The notes beneath the pieces are model-generated. The model searched no databases, was not told the DNA's origin, and saw nothing but the letters and a program-made list of their open reading frames with translations. Below, piece after piece: positions 36,411 through 48,609 of a DNA stretch of 64,000 nt. Origin of the DNA: Octopus bimaculoides (taxonomy: Eukaryota); contig NC_068981.1 in assembly GCF_001194135.2 (NCBI RefSeq), forward strand, positions 100,705,657 through 100,769,656. Direction: 5' to 3'. The position numbers were made by a program, and so were the translations under genes. Within the stretch, counting starts at the first letter, position 1. Every line of letters begins with the position of its first letter.

Positions 36411-36598
36411 TATAAGAGGGATGACCACTAAGTGGACATCCATTATGCTAGATGTAGACCCCACTTTTCATTTGTCTTGCTCGCTTACGTTCTGGTGTTT
36501 GCTGAATTTTCTTGAGAACAATCTTTTCTTAGTGGTCAGACCATATGGGGTCTACATCTAGCATAATGGATGTCCACTTAGTGGTCATCTCTCTTATA
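36411..36598. repeat. Foldback with 53-bp arms and 82-bp spacer
   Basis: tataagagggatgaccactaagtggacatccattatgctagatgtagacccca versus its reverse complement at 36546-36598, 1 mismatch. Confidence 0.9.
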
Positions 36599-36743
36599 TG
36601 TGTGTATATAAATATATATATATGTATAGATGTAAAAAGGTTGAATGTAGATTCGTCCTTTAATTTGGAGGTTTTCAAAACAGATTTTTAATGTTGATTC
36701 ATCATATTTTGCTGGTAATTTACAGGCGTAAATTTGAAAATAA

Positions 36744-37110
36744 TACTTGTATATGATGTGTGGTGAATTAATGGAAAGAAATCCCATAAAACTCAACAAT
36801 TTAGTTAAAAGTGGAGGAGAAGATGTTAAAATATATATGAGAATTTTAATTCATGCAGACAATCGTTTCGTACAGAGATATAAAAATAATGCAAATTCAT
36901 GATTGAATTGATATATAATTAATTAATTTATTTAATTAATTTAATTTAATTCAATTCAATCATGAACTTGCATTATTTTTATATCTCTGTACGAAACGAT
37001 CATCTGCATGGATTAAAATTCTCTTATATATTTTAACAACTTGCCTTCTCCATTTTTAACTAGTTTTATGGGATTCTTTTCCATAAATTCACCCACACAT
37101 CATATACAAG

Positions 37111-37112
<2 letters not shown>
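36744..37112. repeat. ~370-bp near-perfect palindrome (foldback element)
   Basis: tacttgtatatgatgtgtgg...cagagatataaaaataatgcaaattcatgattgaattg is mirrored by caattcaatcatgaacttgcattattttttatatctctg...cacacatcatatacaagta; AT-only centre. Confidence 0.88.
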
Positions 37113-37141
<29 letters not shown>

Positions 37142-37682
37142 TCATCATCGTCATATATATAATTAAAGATAAAATCTTTATAAGACTTTATTAAGTATCC
37201 AGTATGTAATAAAACCATATAGGTAACAATTAAAAGAAATATATAATTATAATAATGGCACTAATGAATAGTGCCACATGCCAGAAGTAGATGCCAAATG
37301 GCTCTAAGAACTACATTATTTACCCCATTAGTACAGGTTGAAAGCAAGGAAAGTGAACAAAGATGTTTTTAAAGAAAAGGTTTAACCATAGATCAATTTT
37401 TAATTTAGAAATATAAATATCTCTTTACCTTCATCAGTATGGTATAGCACAATGTACATAATTATAAACATTTATACATACCCATATGAATAACAATGTA
37501 TATACAAGCATATGTTCACACTTATATTACAAGCTATATCTAATTCATTCACCCTCAGCCACATGTGTATACAACCAAAAATTATCCAGGAGTATATTGG
37601 TCAGAGTTATATATATTTATATATAACTAAGGATAAAATCTTTATAAGATTTTATGAAGTGGCCAGCATGTAATAAAACCAT

Positions 37683-38068
37683 TTTTGTAGGCACTCCGTC
37701 GGTTACGACGACGAGGGTTCTAGTTGATCCAATCAATGGAACAGCCTGCTCGTGAAATTAACGTGCAAGTGGTTGAGCACTCCACAGACAGGTGTACCCT
37801 TAACGTAGTTCTCGGGGTAGATTCAACGTGACACAGAGTGTGACAAGGCTGGCCCTTTGAAATACAGGTACAACAGAAACAGGAAGATAGAGTGAGAGAA
37901 AGTTGTGGTGAAAGAGTACAGCAGGGATCGCCACAACCCCCTGCCGGAGCCACGTGGGGCTTTAGGTGTTTTCGCTCAATAAACACTCACAATGCCCGGT
38001 CTGGGAATCGAAACCGCGATCCTACGATCACAAGTCCGCTGCCCTAACCACTGGCCCATTGCGCCTCC
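37683..38068 (-). mobile_element. SINE family C with 11-bp TSD
   Basis: TSD AATAAAACCAT at 37672-37682 and 38069-38079; homologous to 14663-15033. Confidence 0.9.
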
Positions 38069-38116
38069 AATAAAACCATATAAGTAACAATTAATGCAAA
38101 TATATAATTATATAAA

Positions 38117-38838
38117 TGTAGCAGTATGTGTAGCGAAATGCAGTGTTGTTGATGGTTCAATGTATGTTGCCAGGTGCAGCAGATGAAGAGAGGCGTGTTG
38201 GACCGACATCAAAGGAAAACAATGAGAAAAGAATCAGAATATAGTTTAAATAATTTATTTGGTTAACAGTTGCATTTATGTGTTCGATACACAAAGCTTC
38301 ATTTGAAATATCAATAAAGGCTGCTATATAAAGTTGCCAACTGCTTTGAGTCAGTGAAGGTAAAAACAGGAGAAATAGAATGTTGATTTGATGAGATAGT
38401 ACAAGGCATATTTTGTGTCTGTGTATGCATTGGTCACTTGGTTGTGTTGAGTCGTTTCTCTGTCTCATCTTGTTCGTGTCTGCAACTGCTACTGTTTTGT
38501 GTCACCAGTCACTGCTTGCTCATCTTTGGCTAGGTGGCTAACCACTTGCTGGTTGCATGCCTGGTGTGTGTCTAAGGAAACTGTATTTATAATGGTCTTT
38601 CTAGCTAGAAGGATGGATATACCATAGGAGTAGTTTGTACTTGTTTAGGTTACCTGTTGTCCACTTGAACTTTTTGTGACACAGTCAGATCAGAGGTCGA
38701 GTGGAAACTCATCCATCACTTTTTGATAGGATAAGGAAATTTCTTTTGTGCCCGTTTGGCCAGTGGTGGATTGTGCGAGTGAGAATTCTTAGATTCGGTT
38801 TTGAATCACAGCCCAAAAAATAAAATGTAGTTCCCACA
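38117..38838. mobile_element. Possible solo LTR
   Basis: TGT...ACA termini, 4-bp TAAA duplication, and it cleanly interrupts a local repeat unit; no internal coding sequence or second LTR. Confidence 0.4.
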
Positions 38839-39239
38839 TAAATTTAATTATAATAAGAGCACTAATGAAAAGCACCACATGCTAGAAGTAGATGCCAAAT
38901 GGCTCTAAGAACTACATTATTTATTCCATTAGCACACATTGAAAGTGAGGAAAGTGAACAAAGATTTTTTTTTTAAATACTGTAGTTCTTAGAGCCATTA
39001 GGCATCTACTTTTAGCATGTGGCACTGTTCATTAGTGCCCTTATTATAATTGTATTTATATAATTATATATTTGTATATATATATATATATATTTACAAC
39101 AGACTTCATTCAGTTTCTGTCTCGCAAATCCACTCACAAGGTTTTGGTTGGCCCGAGGCTATGGTAGAAGACACTTGCTCAAAGTGCCATGCAGTGGGAC
39201 TCAACCAGGAACCATGTTGCAAGTAATTGATACATGGTT

Positions 39240-41050
39240 TGGGAAGAATGAAGAATAGTGTCATCTGTGTAAGAGTAGATATTGATAGATGTAATACTGA
39301 GTAAGTCATTGATAAGAGAAGAGAGTGGGTTATGAAACTGAATTCTGGAACATGCTAGAGTTCTTAAAATGGGAGGTAGAAAGGATGGTACGATAATACA
39401 ATCTGATAGAAAGCTACCAATCCAGTAGATGAGACAGATGAAGCCCACAGGCTGACACTTTTGATAAGAAATTTGCATGCTACTCACAGTTGGCGGCTCT
39501 GTGGACATTGAAGTGAATAACATTGCTTTCACACAATTTCTCCAAGGTGAGAGCCCACTAGGAGATAGGTCAGTAGTGAACCTGGCTTTACAGAAACTTA
39601 CTGGTGGTCATTAAGGGGAGAGAGAGAGAGAGAGAGAGATTCACAGTGCTGGAGGACGTCATTGCTAATTGCTGTCTCCAGGGTCGGCTGAAATCTTCAT
39701 AAGCTGAAATATTCATGGAATGGGAGCAAATGAAGTTCATTTTTTAACATAGTTCCTCTTACTGTCCACACACTTCCTTCAGTAATTGCAGTGCTTGGGT
39801 CACACTGGTGAAGAAGCTACCCTGTTGGTCAAAAGAGTCATCAACAGCAGATAAGATGTCATCATCACAGCGATACTGGTGCCCAGCCGAGGGTTTTAAT
39901 GTTGGGAAACAGATGATAATCAGATAGAACCAAATCACTAACCTAGGGAGGGTGATCAACCATTTCAAAGTCAGTCATGCACAGCAGCCATTGAAACCAA
40001 GGACTTGTCTACTGAAGCAGTGTCCTAATGAAACAAGACGCCATTCATCAGTTTGTCTGGGTGCTTGGTCTTGATAGCTTTTCAGAACTGCCTTAGCAAG
40101 TTGTCATTGAACATTCCATTGATCGTTTTGAAGATAGTCAATAAACACAATATTTTTTGCATTAACATATAGCATGTGTAATAATGTGAAGTATATTTTG
40201 TATACTAAAATGTTTAATTTCAGAAATTTATCAAGCGAGCAAACATAAGCAATAAAAATACAAATTGCAAGTGTTTCAAAATGTGGGACACTACATGAAA
40301 AAAACTAACAAAAAAGAAACAAAATAGTGGTGTTTGTCTTCCAAAGGTACGATGAGAGGGCTCTATGTGGTGTGTCACTGAATGGGAACAGAAGTGGGGT
40401 GTGTGACATTACATTGACTAATAACCATAAAATAGTGCACAGAGAGTCCACACACATGCACGCACACACACACACACACACACAACACTTAGCATTGTAG
40501 GTGTTCTAATACCCTCTGTCATATTTAATGACAATTATAGCTTCCCTCTCTGGTGATTCATTGCTAAACCACTGCCTAATTTAATTGTATATATACATAT
40601 ATTCTTCTACTCTTTTACTTGTTTCAGTCATTTACTGCAGCCATGCTGGAGCACCGCCTTAATGTGTTTTAGTCGAAGAAATAGACCCCAGGACTTACTC
40701 TTTGTAAGCCTAGTACGTATTCAGTAGTATATATTTCTTTGGGAATTTTATGACCAGCCTTATCAGTTAAGATTTTGGACTTTTTATTTATTTTTGTCCT
40801 TTGTTCTAGTTTTGAGAAGAAACCTAACTTCAAGCAACTTTTTACAGATTAATTTTTAGACACTATTTTCTAATCATGGCAAAGTATGTAGGGGGTGCAA
40901 ATTTTGATTTTACACCCGCTAAAAATTTTAGGGGGTGCAAGCGCACCCCCTGTTCCCGGGCCCTTGGCAGTCTCCATTATCTTAGAGATATTGGAAGTTA
41001 GTTTGAGAGGGTAACAGTAGCCAGGGTTAGAGAAATTATCTTTCTTGAAA
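39240..41050 (-). mobile_element. CR1/L2/Jockey-group LINE RT remnant split by later insertions
   Basis: KKDNFSNPGYCYPLKLTSNISKIMET (about 40970-41050), then LNDHQ...KAR (about 39570-39620) and YWIGSFLSDCII...LINDLL...IYSYTDDT (ORF 39179-39532), in RT domain order. Confidence 0.6.
39675..40137 (-). mobile_element. Mariner 3' fragment, same family as 25869-27082
   Basis: TIR-like agggtcggctgaaatcttcataagctga; ORF 39759-39968 AGHQYRCDDDILSAVDDSFDQQGSFFTSVTQALQ. Confidence 0.75.
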
Positions 41051-41839
41051 TGGGACACACTGTTATTCATTTTCAAATATCAAAGTTGATCCCGAAAGGA
41101 AGGGAATGATTGAAGAGCTTGGTAGGTAGGTATACATATTGTGTCTGTATACACCAGGTATATACTTGCATATATTTATATGCATATGTTGTGTGCTAAG
41201 GTAGTATTTTGATGACTACTATTGAAAAGTTAAGAATAGAGCCCCCTATATACCCACAATTTCGAATGGAAGACGATGATTAACTGTCGTGGCGTTGTGG
41301 GTGGGTCTGTTGATCATTGTTAGTTAAACATTTGGCGACTAATGGCTAATATTTAAAAAAAAGTTACAATAGCCTGGGACATGGTAACACAACATATTTC
41401 CAGTTTTACTATTACTTTTACAGAGTTCTAGGTATCGTTTAATGTCAGAAAACTTCAAGGTTACATAAACTTGTCCTTTGAAATTAAGAGCTATAAATTC
41501 ATCTAAAAATAGATAACTGGAAAACACAGAGAAAGCTATTACATTAAAACACACAGAAAGCTATTACATTAAATTTAGTTGACAATAATTTAAGAATTTT
41601 ACTAGCGTTTCTGATATTTTTGTTTACTTTTTTTAAACATATCTTTGTGAGTGAGATCGATTTTGGCACATTGCAGCTTCCATAGTTATTCATAAGCTGT
41701 CTACCTGTCTTACTGACAATCTGTCTGCTGGAGTCTGAAGCAGCACACCTCGAATGAATACATATTACATGTCTTTTTAGGTACTAAACAGATTTAACAC
41801 ACTTATATATTAGAAAGTAGATCTTGAAGGTGGAGCAAA

Positions 41840-41926
41840 ATGCCACGCATCGATAGTGACATCAAATTGGATTTTAAAGATGTATTATTGCGTCCGAAGA
41901 GAAGCACGATTAAAAGCCGAGCTGAC
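41840..41926 (+). CDS. GMPR: GMP reductase coding exon 1 (87 nt)
   Basis: gcaaaATG CCA CGC ATC ... GCT GAC|gtaagt = [29 protein letters not shown], matching GMPR/GuaC type 1 (human [22 protein letters not shown]). Confidence 0.96.
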
Positions 41927-43501
41927 GTAAGTTGTGTAATTTTTTTTTCTTCTCACTATTATGGGAGTCAATACAGATAATAAAAATAATACTTGATAGA
42001 ATCCGCTGTATTTTCAAAACAATAATTTCATCTAATTCAGTATTTGGTACTTGTAATAACTTCTAGTTGTAAAGCTTCTTTCAGTATTTTAGATCACTAC
42101 GTTTCGCTGTTATTGGAAAACCAAATGCCGGCATTGTTTTTGTCATAGATATATGTGTCATAGTATGCGCTGCGAAATTTTAATATCGGTATTCTTTCGG
42201 TCACATCCGAAACAACAGACAAATAATTGAATGGCCAAAAGAAGAATATCATAAATATCACCGGTACAGAATATCGCTGATAATTTATGTTCTTGAATAT
42301 ATGCATCTAAAGAAGACTACAAAGTAATAGTTGCGACTTTCTAGAGAATTCTCAGACTGTCATATTTTCTAATAATATTTAGGCTGAATAGGCCTATCTT
42401 GTTTTAAAGAGAGAGAGAGAGAGAGGATGTTGTGATATTTATGACAGCAACAACGTAAGTGGAATGGTTCTAACCAAGATGCTTGCCATAATTTAATTCT
42501 AGATTCAGTCGGCTGATTTTCATCGTCCTCTAATCGATAAAATAAGTACCAGTCAAGTAGAGGGTCGATATTAAAACTATACCCCTACTCCCCAAATGCG
42601 CGACCTTGAGCCTCAGGCGATTTTAACTTTGCTTATCATCCTTCGTGGATCGATAGAACAAGTACAAGTTAAGCAGTAGATCGATATAATCGACTTGCTT
42701 GTCGCTACCCTTTAAGAAATCTTGGTCTTGTGTCCAAATGACATGTCTAAAACAATTTAGTTCTATTTGTTTACATTGAGACCGAATATAGCCGGTCTCG
42801 AGTTTATCTTTTGCTTCTACAATTTTAATCACATTACTATTGTGTCCGAAGAGAATATAACCATAGCAAACTCGTTTCCTTTCTCTGTAAAACTGGGATC
42901 TTGTGTCTATCAAAGAATATTATGTACTAATTTAAATACTTCTGATTCTATACCTTTCATTGGCATGTAAATTTACTTCCTCCCCGCGACAAAATGGATT
43001 ATTCAGTTTCACAAATTGTTTTGTAACACACAAATAATTCAAACAGTGGAATGAATTTGATCCGTGATGAAGAACAGAAGCCTAACACTTTGGGTACACT
43101 TCACCTCTCATGAAAGGTTCTGTCCGAAGCGTTAGACGTCTTACGCCATAATTTTTTTTATTCACTGGTTGAACCATTTTTATTACTTTTTATCGACGCA
43201 CAACATCACTAGTTTCTTCAGATTCTACTGCTGCACTTTTAGCAGCTTGTTACGTGTGTGCGTGATACACACACCATTTATGTAATTTCATACACACACC
43301 TAATCATATCGCTACATGTATATATATATTCGTACCCCACCGCCTCTCTCTCTCTCTCCCTGCCTGTGTACACACACACTAAACTTTGTACCGAATCTGT
43401 CTGTCTGTCATAATATATACTGCTCTACACCTTAGAGTGTGCTTCTTCTCCGGATATGTTTTCTACAAACGACCTATCTATCTATCTAGCTATCTATTGG
43501 A

Positions 43502-43535
<34 letters not shown>

Positions 43536-43983
43536 AGAGAGAGAGTCCAATGCAGATTCGCACCTCACCTTGAAAGATGCATTTTTCTGAAAAAAGTTTA
43601 TTCGAATTCCTATGTTTTACATGTCGGACATTATGAATATGCAAAAAAAAAAAAAAAAAAAAAAAANNNNNNNNNNNNNNNNNNNNNNNNNNNNNNNNNN
43701 NNNNNNNNNNNNNNNNNNNNNNNNNNNNNNNNNNNNNNNNNNNNNNNNNNNNNNNNNNNNNNNNNNNNNNNNNNNNNNNNNNNNNNNNNNNNNNNNNNNN
43801 NNNNNNNNNNNNNNNNNNNNNNNNNNNNNNNNNNNNNNNNNNNNNNNNNNNNNNNNNNNNNNNNNNNNNNNNNNNNNNNNNNNACTTGCTTTAATGAAAT
43901 TTTCAAACTTCAATATACAATACATTTAAAATTGGGGCGGAGGGGTGTGTTGGGGGTTAAAATTTAGAAATTTTTTTAGCCCC

Positions 43984-44034
<51 letters not shown>

Positions 44035-44782
44035 CTTGATTCAGAATTTCTTTACGAGCACTTAATTCTGAGACACGTGTTGAATGCTCCTCTTCCAGTT
44101 AACACCTGTGTATGTACCCACCTTCCATCCATCCATATATACATTGTATATTTTATTTGATATGCATTTTTTTTATGCTTGAAGAAGTATATCACTATAA
44201 AGTTTCACATACAAACAGATACGTCTGTTCACTTTCATCTTTCCATGTTACAACACATCAATAGATAGTACACAAATACTTTTGGTGAGTTGAAAGTCAG
44301 CTACAACACTTAGTTCTTAACATTGTTTTGTATGTGTATGCATGTATATAACTCCTATTCAAATGATGTAATTACTCGTTCACGTAATAATCTAGCCACA
44401 AGTCTTTTGAAATTAATCCTTTATTGAACGAGGAGGCCTTTTTTTCTCTAATAAAATAAGACAGTTCTTAAGCTGTTGACATTTCACCTTGCTTCTTTGA
44501 TTGCTTCAACTGTCACGCAAGCCAAGAAATGGAAAACTATAGATTCTGTTTTTAAAGATAACAAACAGAAAATTGTCGGCAGAGGCGAGTGAGTGGCTGA
44601 CTGTTATCCGAGAGAAGCTTTATATAATGCAAACAAAATATAACTAAATATGTGCGTGCGTATGTTATTAATAAAAGAAAGTGAGAACTAGAAAGCAGAG
44701 ACTGTGAAAGGGGAAAAAAAAGGAATGTATGTGGCTAGAGAATGAAAAAGGTAAAACTCAACAGGCAAAATGTGTATGTATG

Positions 44783-44887
44783 TATCTGAGGATGTAGTAT
44801 TATGTTCATATAGAAAATAGGTGGCGAGTCATGTACTATATAGATGGAATGGAGAATGCCACCTCTAGGCCGAAACAGCTGTAAGAC
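44783..44887 (+). ncRNA. Degenerate minimal hammerhead-like motif (second family)
   Basis: GUAU-CUGAGGA (44786-44792) ... AGGUGGC/GCCACCU helix ... GAAA-CAGCUG-U-A-AGAC. Palindromic ACAGCUGU at 44875-44882; stem I GUAU/AGAC has one mismatch; the base of stem II is poorly paired. Confidence 0.4.
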
Positions 44888-45798
44888 TTTTTAATTTGTG
44901 TCCCGTGGTCGAAGTGTGTCATATGTGTTTGTATATTGTCTTTATTGTCCTCTTGGTTGAAAAAAAAATAGGTTAATTAACATAGTACAGTGTCTGCAAG
45001 TTGATGAGTACCACATATTCCCCTCCATTTTCTTATTGCTATATATANNNNNNNNNNNNNNNNNNNNNNNNNNNNNNNNNNNNNNNNNNNNNNNNNNNNN
45101 NNNNNNNNNNNNNNNNNNNNNNNNNNNNNNNNNNNNNNNNNNNNNNNNNNNNNNNNNNNNNNNNNNNNNNNNNNNNNNNNNNNNNNNNNNNNNNNNNNNN
45201 NNNNNNNNNNNNNNNNNNNNNNNNNNNNNNNNNNNNNNNNNNNNNNNNNNNNNNNNNNNNNNNNNNNNNNNNNNNNNNNNNNNNNNNNNNNNNNNNNNNN
45301 NNNNNNNNNNNNNNNNNNNNNNNNNNNNNNNNNNNNNNNNNNNNNNNNNNNNNNNNNNNNNNNNNNNNNNNNNNNNNNNNNNNNNNNNNNNNNNNNNNNN
45401 NNNNNNNNNNNNNNNNNNNNNNNNNNNNNNNNNNNNNNNNNNNNNNNNNNNNNNNNNNNNNNNNNNNNNNNNNNNNNNNNNNNNNNNNNNNNTTTTTTTT
45501 TTTTTTTTTTTTTTGCTATAGACGACAAATCTCTCGTTTCAAAACACATCTACAGCTATGAATTCTATGTAACAGAATACAACTTACTTGCAGCCACGAA
45601 GGATTTCGCACCTTATATGGAATGGGGGGACAGGACTGCGTGAGTGATAGCTGTCGCTCGATCTGTTAGAAATAGCAGCCGAATCTATCCCACTTAACTC
45701 ACACTTTACTGTCTTAAAAAAGTTAAGATACATCGGAAATGCCTCCAATCCTAAGTCTACATGATCGGGGCTCATCTAGGTCTAAACAACAATATTGA

Positions 45799-45960
45799 CA
45801 TTATTTACATTTGACGGATATTTGTCCTCATCTTGTTTGTTGATAACACAACATTTCGATCCACGGGCATATGGCGTAGTGGTTAAGAGCGCGGGCTACT
45901 AACCCCAAGATTCCGAGTCCGATTCCAGGCAGAATTCCTTATCTCTTAAACATAGAACTG
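45799..45960. mobile_element. Rearranged copy of the tRNA-head/hammerhead repeat with a candidate 11-bp TSD
   Basis: Inverted 3' body, forward tRNA-like head (45865-45932) and forward tail; AACAATATTGA at 45788-45798 and 45961-45971. Confidence 0.6.
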
Positions 45961-46684
45961 AACAATATTGATCTCTCTATTTTTGTGTTTTTAAAAAAAA
46001 TTTTCCTTTATGTTTCTGTTGAATTTTAGTTTTATTTAATATCTAATGTCCCAGATCATCCCTAATTGAGCAAATTCCAGTCGTGGCCACAGGTCATTTA
46101 ATACGTAAGAGAATATATTGTCCGATGTACCAGTGTCTCGTTGACTGGTTTAAAGTGTCACGAGGTTTTATAATTCAGTTTAATATTGTTCAGAATTCGC
46201 ACACTTAAGAGGTCGTGGCGTAATTAAGTATAGAGATATAGGATGACAAGATAACAGGACCGTTGGCGCACCCTTATGAATTTATAGATAGTGCATAAAA
46301 GAATAATAAAATGACAACTTGTGAGCTGTATGGAAGTTTTCTATAAGGAAGTACTTTGATCTCGGGGCCCCCACACTTTTATTCTGTCATAATTTCTTCT
46401 CCATCCAGAAGTGAAAGGGATATCGTTTTCAGGTCATAAAGAAGTTTGGTCGATATTTTATTGGTACGTATTGTCATCAAGTGCATGAGAACAATTATTT
46501 TCTTTTATTTACTTTTTTCAGTTACTCAAAAAGGGATAGAACCCTTATATTTTTTTGCAGGGCTTCTTAGACCAATGAGCTTGATGCCCTTGTACCATTG
46601 TAAATCAACCCTTGCAGTGAAGATATGAGCAGGGAGGTAATTCTAGAGGTTGATGGTTTGAGAAGAAAAGTCTGGGTGTATGTT

Positions 46685-46725
<41 letters not shown>

Positions 46726-46887
46726 ACGTCTGTGGACCAATGGTTGGAATGTGTGTCTGAGTGAGTTTGTCACTTAAGTGACCCTTTTCTGGATGCGGTA
46801 TAGGATGACTGCATGTGCAGCAGCAGCAGCGCCCTTCTAGATGCAAGAGAAATATTTCATTGTAGGCCTCATCTGAGCTTTATAGAT

Positions 46888-48536
46888 TACTAGCAGAGAT
46901 ACCCGGCGTTGCCCGTGTTACATGCAATTGAAGAATGAGACTTTTCTGTTATATTTTCTGTAAGGAACTGGAATACATATGATTCGAATTTCATCAAAAT
47001 TGCACATGAGGGTTCTTTCCCTCTTTACACACCCTAAAAAAATTCTAATCATGAGACATGTATCCCATACTATTGATCTTTATGCGCATATTCCAAAATT
47101 TCAGTCTTCTGGAACCTGTAAAAAGGATTTTGCTCCTGAAAAATGGAGCTCATGGAGCGATAAAATGTGGGAATGAAGGCCCCTATTGGGGTTGGATGTG
47201 TTAATGTCAACCAGAGAAGTTGAATTGTTGGGAATGTTTTTAAGTTGGGTCTTATAGTATGCTTGTATATATGTGAGAGTATAGTCTCACTTTAATAGTT
47301 TCAGTATGAAATTGAAAGTATTAAAGTGAAAGTATTTGAAATTACAGTAGCGACATGTTATTGTTTCACTTTTGACAGGTAATACTGAAATAGTGGAATA
47401 GTTTCAGTGTTAAAGTGAAAGTATCTGACATTACAGTAGAGTGATGTTATTGTTTCACTTTTGACCCGTAATACTGGCAAAGGACGAATGATCATGATAA
47501 TCAGTCAGCTATCCTAGCCTAGTCATTACTACTCCCTAATGTAGGATTCCTCACCATACAGATGACAGGCACAGCTGTAAGATGCATTACGGATCTATAG
47601 CAATTGGAAGGGCATGACCCAATTGAAATAACAACGTGTGACGTTTGGAGTAAAAGGAAATGAAAGTGTCGCCTCTGAAGTTTGCAAATGACCACTATAC
47701 CGATAGGTAACTGGGCAGAAAAAAATTACAACCAATAAATGTCTTAGAACAACCAGTCACTCATCTGGGAATGCCTTGAAATCAATGTTACCAACTGGGG
47801 ACTATGTGTGACTCAGTGATAATAAAAAGACTCAAAGGAGGTCTGCAACAAAATAATTTTACTCAACACTTTGCAAGTGAATCAGTGGAGGCAAATATGC
47901 ATCACATTTACTTGATAATTTATGCACCACATTGCAGAAATCACAATGTAAGTATATGTGAAAGGATAGTCTTACACTGTTGTACTGTTGAATTACAAAT
48001 AATGCTCATCTGTATGTTCGGGTGACCCTATAGGTTCCAATAGTACAACTGTATTTGTCTTTGCTTAGGAAAAATGACTAAATTGTGGATGTAAAGTCCC
48101 CATGAAAGGGTCTTTGTAACTTCTAAGAAGAAGAAATTTAAGAAATATTACTTTATTTGTGTGTAATATGTATGGTTAAAATTTCATCAACATCAAAAAT
48201 ATATGAATTTTCATGGGGGTTATGGCCATTATACATAGAATATAATTTCCAAATTTCATAAAGATCCATTCAGTACTTTTGACGTAGTTTTTGTTAAAAA
48301 ATCAAATGACTAATGTGTGTGCATGTGTATGTGTGTGGGTGTATATATGTGTAGGTATCTGTATCTATGTATATATGTGTACATATTACATGTACATCTA
48401 TATATATACATCTACACATGTATACATATACATGTATGCATATAGATGTATATCTATATATATATATATATACATATACGTGTACATATACATCTATATG
48501 TATACATATATATCTCTCTCTGTCTGTCTATCTTTC

Positions 48537-48600
<64 letters not shown>
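46888..48600 (+). mobile_element. Possible non-autonomous Helitron/Helentron (DINE-1/HINE-like) element
   Basis: 5' tactagcagagatacccggcgttgcccg; later aaatttcataaagatcc...cagtacttttgacg followed by microsatellite. Resemblance by pattern only. Confidence 0.4.
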
Positions 48601-48609
<9 letters not shown>

